From Caldimicrobium thiodismutans (lineage in GTDB: Bacteria; Desulfobacterota; Thermodesulfobacteria; Thermodesulfobacteriales; Thermodesulfobacteriaceae): a DNA stretch of 32,000 nucleotides. The DNA is taken from NCBI RefSeq assembly GCF_001548275.1, contig NZ_AP014945.1, forward strand, positions 900,001-932,000. Reading direction: 5' to 3'. The stretch's first letter is position 1, and each line of letters starts with the position of its first letter. Shown here one piece after another: positions 26,410 to 32,000 of this stretch. The notes below the pieces were generated by a model. It made no database searches. It was not told the DNA's origin and saw nothing but the letters and a program-made list of their open reading frames with translations. The position numbers were made by a program, and so were the translations under genes.

Positions 26410-27720
26410 ATGAGTAAGGGTTTTAAGTGGTTTCTTTGGGTTTTTGTTCCCCTTTTACTTGTAGTAGCCAGTTATTCCTGGCTTTTGAGTGAGGAGAAAA
26501 AGGCTTCTGAAGGTGCAAAGGCCTCTGCTGTGACAGAGGCCCCTCAAGCTCCTTCTCAAGAGCCGCAGAAGGTTGAAATTGCTCTTGACAAACAGACCTA
26601 CCGGGGAGGAGACACCATTAAGATTACTGGAAAGATTCCAGCTGGAATGAAGGTAAACTTCATTGAAATTTCCGCTGTTGAGAAAAAAGTTCAGGTATCT
26701 CGCTTAGACCGAAAGGACTATAAATTCTATCTTTCAAAAGAAATTCCAGCTTTTTATCATATTTTGATCAGAGAAGATTATGTTGCAAAGATTGACAAGA
26801 ACGGGACGGTGGAAGAAAAACCTGTAAAAGAGGTTTATACCAAATGGAAACAGGAAAAAAAATGGAGAATTGGTGAATTTATGAAGGAAAGCAATGCGGA
26901 TATGGCTTTTATTACACCTCCTAAAATAGTATCTGAAATCAAAGTTTGGAAGTCAACAGTTACCAAAGCCATTATTGGATCAAGAGGAGAGCCTCTTCCT
27001 CCTCTTACAGACAAAAAGGACATTAAAAAGGAATCTGCCCGTCTTCTTCAGACCAGAATGAAAGATTTAAGCAATCTCTTTAGTTTAGCTAAGATTGAGA
27101 CTAAAGAGGATGGCACCTTTGAGGCTACTTTTAAGCTTCCTGATAATGCCCCTCCAGGTGCTTATTCAGTAATTGCAGTAGTTAACAAAGAGGTAAAGAG
27201 TGATCCAGCAAAATTTACTTGTGAGGTTAGTTTCCCCAAGGTTTACTTTCCTGTAGCTGGGACTTCAACCAATGTTTTTGGTCCCCTTATTCTTTCCCTT
27301 GCTATCTGCACCTTTGGTGTAATTATGGGAGCAGGGGGTGGATTTATCTTGAATCCCCTTTTGATCCTTATCTATCATATACCCCATGGAGTGGTAGCAG
27401 GTTCTGTTATGCCTACAGTTCTTTTTAGCCAAGCTACAGGTATTTATAATTACAGCAAAATTGGGTTTATTAACTGGAAACTGGGAATTACAGTAGGTAT
27501 TTTTATGGCCCTCGGTGGATTCTTTGGACCACTTTTAAACCAGTTTGTTACTGTTGATGAATATAAATTTGTTTTTGGAATAGTTCTTCTCATCCTTGCA
27601 GCCCTTATGTTATGGCAGACAACTCCTGGTTACATTGAAAAGTCAAAGAAAGAAAAGGCCATTCTTGAAGAATTTAAGAAAAAGGCAGCTGCAGCCAAGG
27701 CTGGAAAAGAACAAAAATAA
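26410..27720 (+). CDS. Fusion protein: signal-anchor + ~270-aa extracytoplasmic domain of unknown family + 4-TM half of a TSUP/TauE-SafE-type permease
   Basis: N-terminal TM FLWVFVPLLLVVASYSWLL. The soluble region has beta-sandwich-like strings (YRGGDTIKITGKIP, EDGTFEATFKLPDNAPPGAYSVIAVV). About four TM helices then begin with the TSUP signature GAGGGFILNPLL. The tail is Lys/Ala-rich. Confidence 0.8.
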   Translation: MSKGFKWFLWVFVPLLLVVASYSWLLSEEKKASEGAKASAVTEAPQAPSQEPQKVEIALDKQTYRGGDTIKITGKIPAGMKVNFIEISAVEKKVQVSRLDRKDYKFYLSKEIPAFYHILIREDYVAKIDKNGTVEEKPVKEVYTKWKQEKKWRIGEFMKESNADMAFITPPKIVSEIKVWKSTVTKAIIGSRGEPLPPLTDKKDIKKESARLLQTRMKDLSNLFSLAKIETKEDGTFEATFKLPDNAPPGAYSVIAVVNKEVKSDPAKFTCEVSFPKVYFPVAGTSTNVFGPLILSLAICTFGVIMGAGGGFILNPLLILIYHIPHGVVAGSVMPTVLFSQATGIYNYSKIGFINWKLGITVGIFMALGGFFGPLLNQFVTVDEYKFVFGIVLLILAALMLWQTTPGYIEKSKKEKAILEEFKKKAAAAKAGKEQK

Positions 27721-27732
27721 GGAGGTGAGATC

Positions 27733-28125
27733 ATGAAAATAGATTTCTGGGGTCAAGAGTTTAAGGCAAATATGGTGGTGGGTGCCATTGGTGGCTTTAT
27801 TATAGCAGTGGCCTCAAGTTTAGGTGGTTTTGGTGGTGGTCCCTTTGTAGTTCCTCTTATGACTGTTATTATGGGTCTTCCTATTTATGTGGTTGTTGGA
27901 AGCTCCCTTCTTGCCATCTTTTTCAACACTCTTATGGCCTCATCAAGATACTACTTTTTTGGACAAACGGATGTGCTCCTTTTTATTATTATGGCCATTG
28001 GTGCAGTTTCTGCGGGTTTCATCGGTCCGAGAATTGCTAAAAGACTTAGTCCCATCTGGGTAAAAAGAGTAGCTGTGGTTGGTTGTGGTTATCTTGGTTT
28101 AAAACTTCTTGGCATACTTCCATAA
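27733..28125 (+). CDS. Second 4-TM half of a split TSUP/TauE-SafE-type permease
   Basis: 130 aa with four hydrophobic helices and the TSUP signature GGFGGGPFVVPLM. It starts 12 nt after the previous gene and has a GGAGGTGAG SD. Confidence 0.8.
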   Translation: MKIDFWGQEFKANMVVGAIGGFIIAVASSLGGFGGGPFVVPLMTVIMGLPIYVVVGSSLLAIFFNTLMASSRYYFFGQTDVLLFIIMAIGAVSAGFIGPRIAKRLSPIWVKRVAVVGCGYLGLKLLGILP

Positions 28126-28173
28126 AACTCTCAATCCCCTACTCCCCCTCCCTACATTAATACCCCTCCCCTA

Positions 28174-28203
28174 CCCCCTCCAGGGGAGGGGTTTCTTTAT
28201 TTT
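28174..28203 (+). terminator. Rho-independent terminator after the split permease genes
   Basis: Stem CCCCCTC (28174-28180), loop CAGG, stem GAGGGGG (28185-28191), followed by TTTCTTTATTTT. Confidence 0.6.
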
Positions 28204-28208
28204 AAGAC

Positions 28209-28545
28209 TGTAATGCCTCATTTATTTTTCTAAATAAAATCATTTTTACCCCCTCTTTTTACTGTCAATTTTTCCTGGGAATAATTAATTTTTTTAAATT
28301 TACGCTTTCAAGCATTTTCTGATATCTCCTTATATCTCTGTAAAGCTCCTTTACTTTTCCACCCCCTTTTTCCTTTAAAATAAGCTTTGCCAAGGGACTT
28401 AAGGTCTACCTTTCGTGAATTTAAGAAGAGTGAGATATACAGTTTTTTCATAAAGTTTTAAGAAAGAGGTCCTAAATTGAATTTGAAAAATTTTTTATCC
28501 GAGGTAACGATAAAATTTCGAATAGATTTTTAATGAGGCAATTCG
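28209..28545 (+). repeat. Copy B of the ~335-bp TIR-bounded repeat (MITE-like)
   Basis: Same orientation and end sequences as copy A: TGTAATGCCTCATTTA ... TTAATGAGGCAATTCG. Long shared blocks include TCAAGCATTTTCTGAT, AAAGCTCCTTTAC, AATAAGCTTTGC and CGATAAAATTTCGAAT. Confidence 0.6.
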
Positions 28546-28586
28546 TTACCTTGTTATTTATAGGACTTGTGTTATAAATAGAAACT

Positions 28587-29114
28587 ATGTTTGAGGGCAC
28601 AACTGTCATAGCCGTGAAAAGAAACGGAAGGGTTGCTCTGGCTGGTGATGGTCAGGTTACCTTTGGAAATACTATTTTAAAGCATAAGGCCCGTAAGATC
28701 AGGCGCCTTTATAAAGGTCTGGTTCTTGTTGGATTTGCAGGGGCAACAGCTGATGCCCTGACCCTCTTTGAAAAATTAGAAAAAAAATTAGAGACCTATT
28801 CAGGACAGCTTTTAAGATCTGCTGTTGAGTTGGCTAAAGACTGGAGAACTGATAAAATCTTGCGGCGCCTTGAGGCCTTTCTCATTGCTGCTGACAAGGA
28901 TAATATCCTCTTGATTTCCGGGGCAGGAGATGTGGTTGAGCCTGACGAAGAAGTTGTAGCCATTGGTTCCGGAGCTCCCATGGCTTTAGCAGCTGCCAAA
29001 GCCCTCCTCCGCTATACAGATCTCTCAGCCAGAGAGATTGCAGAAAAGGCTTTAAAAATTGCTGGAGAAATATGTATTTACACTAATTCTGAAATTACCG
29101 TGGAGGAGCTCTAA
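28587..29114 (+). CDS. hslV: ATP-dependent protease subunit HslV
   Basis: MFEG|[38 protein letters not shown], with the catalytic Thr after a short propeptide. The [11 protein letters not shown] motif is present. Confidence 0.96.
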   Translation: MFEGTTVIAVKRNGRVALAGDGQVTFGNTILKHKARKIRRLYKGLVLVGFAGATADALTLFEKLEKKLETYSGQLLRSAVELAKDWRTDKILRRLEAFLIAADKDNILLISGAGDVVEPDEEVVAIGSGAPMALAAAKALLRYTDLSAREIAEKALKIAGEICIYTNSEITVEEL

Positions 29115-30446
29115 GTGATTAAACAAGAATCAGAACTTACGCCTCGGGAGATAGTGGCTGAACTTGATCGTTATATTGTTGGCCAGAATAGGGCCAAAAG
29201 ATCTGTTGCTATTGCTTTACGAAATCGCTGGAGACGAAGACATCTTAAAGGGCCTCTTAAAGAGGAGGTCTATCCCAAAAATATTCTAATGATTGGGCCA
29301 ACAGGTGTAGGGAAAACTGAAATTGCCAGAAGGTTAGCTCGCCTTGCCAAAGCCCCCTTTATCAAGGTTGAGGCCACAAAATTTACTGAAGTGGGTTATG
29401 TAGGGCGAGATGTAGAGTCCATGATCCGAGATCTTACCTATGTAGCAGTTCAGATGGTAAAAGAGGAAGAGGAAAAAAAGGTGCTTGCCCGGGCAAGGGA
29501 ACTTGCTGAAGAAAGACTTGTGGAATATCTTCTTCCTCAGACCTCTCCCAAGGTTAGTTATGATAGTCAAACCAAGGAAAAGTTACTTAGGATGTTGAAA
29601 GATGGGGCCTTAAACGAAAGGGAAGTTGAAATTGATATTGAGCTCAGAGAAAAGCAACCCAGTATTGAGATCCTTGCAGCTTCAGGGCTTGAAGAGGTGG
29701 AGATGCAACTCAGAGAGATGCTTTCAACCTTTATGCCCTTACGGAGTAAAAAGAGACGGGTGAAAGTTAAAGAAGCCCTTGAAATACTTACTAAAGATGA
29801 GGCCTCCAAGCTGATAGATATGGATAAGGTAATAAAAGAGGCCATAGAGCGCACAGAGACAAGTGGTATTATTTTTATTGATGAAATAGACAAGGTTGCC
29901 AGCCGGGGAGAGGGAGCCGGGCCTGATGTATCCAGAGAAGGGGTTCAGAGAGACCTTCTCCCTATTGTTGAAGGGACAACTGTAAATACCCGCTATGGCA
30001 TGGTGCGCACAGATTATATTCTTTTTATCGCCAGTGGAGCCTTTCACATTGCCAAACCCTCAGACTTAATTCCTGAACTTCAGGGAAGGTTTCCTATTCG
30101 GGTTGAGCTTGATCCCCTAACCAAAGAGGATTTCATTCGTATTTTGACTATTCCTGAAAATGCCATACTTAAGCAATATCAAGCCTTGCTGGCAACAGAA
30201 GGGGTTGAGCTTGAATTTTCTCAAGAGGCTATAGAGGAGATGGCAGGTATTGCCTTTGAGATCAATCAGAAAATGGAAAATATAGGTGCCAGAAGGCTTT
30301 ACACAGTTATTGAAAAAGTTCTTGAGGATATCTCCTTTGAAGCCCCTGATATTGCTCCAGCTAAAATTGTTATCACTCCAGAGTTTGTGAGAGAAAAATT
30401 AGGGGAGATCATGGAAAAAGAGGAACTAATGAAGTTCGTCCTCTAA
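29115..30446 (+). CDS. hslU: ATP-dependent protease ATPase subunit HslU
   Basis: [33 protein letters not shown], Walker [16 protein letters not shown], Walker [10 protein letters not shown], and the I-domain insertion. The GTG start directly abuts the hslV stop. Confidence 0.97.
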   Translation: MIKQESELTPREIVAELDRYIVGQNRAKRSVAIALRNRWRRRHLKGPLKEEVYPKNILMIGPTGVGKTEIARRLARLAKAPFIKVEATKFTEVGYVGRDVESMIRDLTYVAVQMVKEEEEKKVLARARELAEERLVEYLLPQTSPKVSYDSQTKEKLLRMLKDGALNEREVEIDIELREKQPSIEILAASGLEEVEMQLREMLSTFMPLRSKKRRVKVKEALEILTKDEASKLIDMDKVIKEAIERTETSGIIFIDEIDKVASRGEGAGPDVSREGVQRDLLPIVEGTTVNTRYGMVRTDYILFIASGAFHIAKPSDLIPELQGRFPIRVELDPLTKEDFIRILTIPENAILKQYQALLATEGVELEFSQEAIEEMAGIAFEINQKMENIGARRLYTVIEKVLEDISFEAPDIAPAKIVITPEFVREKLGEIMEKEELMKFVL

Positions 30447-30449
30447 AAA

Positions 30450-31730
30450 ATGTCTTCTACCCGAGTCCTTTTCTTTACAGGCATTATTGGAAATGTCCTT
30501 GAGTGGTATGATTTTATTATTTATGGTTATTTTGCCTCGCAATTTGCTAAGCTTTTTTTCCCGGTTTCAGATCCTGCAGTCTCCTTAATCTTAAGTTTTT
30601 CAGCCTTTGCCATAGGTTTTTTTGCCAGACCTCTTGGGGCGCTTTTTATTGGATATCTTGGGGATAGATGGGGTAGAAAGCCTGCCCTTTTAATGTCCAT
30701 AGTTCTTATGGCCATTCCATCCTTTCTTATGATCTTCCTCCCCACCTATGAGACTCTGGGGATACTGGCTCCCCTTTTTTTAACTCTTTTAAGGATACTG
30801 CAAGGATTTTCAGCTGGTGGGGAATATACTACCTCCATAACCTTTCTGCTTGAACACAGCTCACCCACTAAAAGGGCTCTTTGGAGCAGTGTGAATCTTT
30901 TTGGGGCTATCCTTGGGATTCTTCTTGGTTCTCTTGTGGCAACCTTACTACATCACTTTTTATCTCAAGAAATCCTTGAGGCTTATGGCTGGAGATTGGC
31001 CTATTTACCCACTCTTTTTCTGGCTTACATTGGCTATATTATCAGAAGACACACCTATGAAACCCCTGCCTTTGTAAAAGAGACCTTCTCTCCCTTAAAG
31101 GGATTTCCATTATTTTATGCTTTGAAGAGGTATCCCCGTTCCTTTTTTCTAACCCTGTTTCTCTCCATGGTGCAGGGAGTTGCCTTCTATATCCTCTTTG
31201 TTTATTTTCCCACCTACTTTGCCCGTTATTTTGGAATTGCTCAGGATAGGGCCCTTTTTTCAAACACCTTAGCTATGATCTTACTAAATATTCTAATTTT
31301 GCCCTGTGCTTATCTTTCAGACCTTTATGGCCGAAGGCCCTTTTTTCTCCTTTCCCTTTTTCTTTATGCTGCAATCAGTGCTTTGCTTAATTATTATTTA
31401 ATTCCCAAGGGATATACCTTTATGCTTCTTTCTCACCTTGCCCTTGCTTTTATCTCTGGATTTTTCATGAGTATTCTTCCCGTTACACTTGCTGAGCTCT
31501 TTCCTGTAAAAATTAGAAGCACTTCCTTTGCCTTCCTCTATAATTTTTCCTTAGCTCTTTTTGGAGGAACAGCCCCTATGGTTTGCACCTATTTTATTGA
31601 AAAGACGGGATTTTTGACCTTTCCGGGATTTTATCTTTCTGGAATTACTGCTCTTGTCTTTTTGATTACCTTCTTTTTTCTACCAGAGACTCATCCCCTT
31701 AAATCCAAGGGTTCAGCCCAGAGGTCATAG
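30450..31730 (+). CDS. MFS transporter, metabolite:H+ symporter (MHS; ProP/KgtP-like) family
   Basis: 426 aa with 12 predicted TM helices. The N-terminal GNVLEWYDFIIYGYFA and GDRWGRKP motifs are typical of the MHS subfamily. Confidence 0.88.
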   Translation: MSSTRVLFFTGIIGNVLEWYDFIIYGYFASQFAKLFFPVSDPAVSLILSFSAFAIGFFARPLGALFIGYLGDRWGRKPALLMSIVLMAIPSFLMIFLPTYETLGILAPLFLTLLRILQGFSAGGEYTTSITFLLEHSSPTKRALWSSVNLFGAILGILLGSLVATLLHHFLSQEILEAYGWRLAYLPTLFLAYIGYIIRRHTYETPAFVKETFSPLKGFPLFYALKRYPRSFFLTLFLSMVQGVAFYILFVYFPTYFARYFGIAQDRALFSNTLAMILLNILILPCAYLSDLYGRRPFFLLSLFLYAAISALLNYYLIPKGYTFMLLSHLALAFISGFFMSILPVTLAELFPVKIRSTSFAFLYNFSLALFGGTAPMVCTYFIEKTGFLTFPGFYLSGITALVFLITFFFLPETHPLKSKGSAQRS

Positions 31731-32000
31731 GCCCCACTTTTTAGAATTTTTACCTTTACCAAATTTCCAGGTAAAAGATTATTGATGCCCCTTTTAAGAA
31801 AGGTAAGGCCGTCAATTTCTGGGGCCTGTAGTGTAGAAAGGCCAAAAAGCCGACCTTTAATATCCTCTCCAAGAATTAAAACCTCATCTCTTTGACCAAC
31901 CCTTAAGTTTAAACGCTTTTTTGTTATTTCTTTCTGAACCTTTAAGACCTCTTTTACCCGTCTTTTTTTCTCTTTTGAAGGAACCTGTTCAGGAAGAGCC
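31691..32000 (-). CDS. 3' end (partial) of a radical-SAM methylthiotransferase, RimO/MiaB family (TRAM domain)
   Basis: Minus-strand translation: ...RLNLRVGQRDEVLILGEDIKGRLFGLSTLQAPEIDGLTFLKRGINNLLPGNLVKVKILKSGAYDLWAEPLDLRG*. The QAPEIDG ... V.V.I....YDLW.E pattern is the RimO-type TRAM C-terminus. It is missing from the ORF track because no Met is in view. Confidence 0.6.
   Translation of the reverse strand, partial: ALPEQVPSKEKKRRVKEVLKVQKEITKKRLNLRVGQRDEVLILGEDIKGRLFGLSTLQAPEIDGLTFLKRGINNLLPGNLVKVKILKSGAYDLWAEPLDLRG

Noticed and set aside
29334-30047. Three minus-strand ORFs inside hslU (78-108 aa), and similar antisense ORFs inside dnaE, the kinase, nuo genes, usp and the MFS gene
   Set aside because: All lie within strongly supported genes on the opposite strand. 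Their compositions are typical of antisense translation of AT-rich coding DNA.

Overview
AT-rich, gene-dense bacterial chromosomal window. The K/E/I-rich proteins suggest a thermophile, but I cannot assign a taxon from sequence alone.

Layout:
- Left third, + strand: a DHH/DHHA1 phosphoesterase, then a tightly packed string obg - proB - hybrid sensor kinase - dnaE - sigma-54 enhancer-binding protein.
- Middle, 11.4-26.2 kb, minus strand: one continuous 16-gene block with overlapping or near-abutting genes. Its order is tandem-USP protein, a Tat-less molybdopterin oxidoreductase, a 4x[4Fe-4S] ferredoxin-like subunit, then a complex I-like set in the order nuoB-D-I-A-C-H-J-K, an extra antiporter-like subunit, a small membrane protein, and nuoL-like, nuoM, nuoN. 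No nuoE/F/G is present in the window.
- Right of that block: an intergenic region with two TGT-N10-ACA palindromes flanked by a good sigma-54 promoter (+ strand) and a weaker candidate (- strand).
- Far right: a split TSUP/TauE-type permease whose first half carries a large extracytoplasmic domain, then hslV-hslU, an MFS transporter and the 3' end of a RimO/MiaB-type gene.

Non-coding highlights:
- A cluster of GTAG-headed hairpins (REP/BIME-like) at 149-300.
- Two diverged copies of a ~335-bp element bounded by imperfect terminal inverted repeats, one just upstream of obg and one just upstream of hslV.

The most interesting candidate system is the Mo-enzyme/ferredoxin/complex I-like operon together with its sigma-54 control region and the adjacent split TSUP transporter.

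All functional calls come from reading the translated ORFs and motifs by eye. No database search was run.
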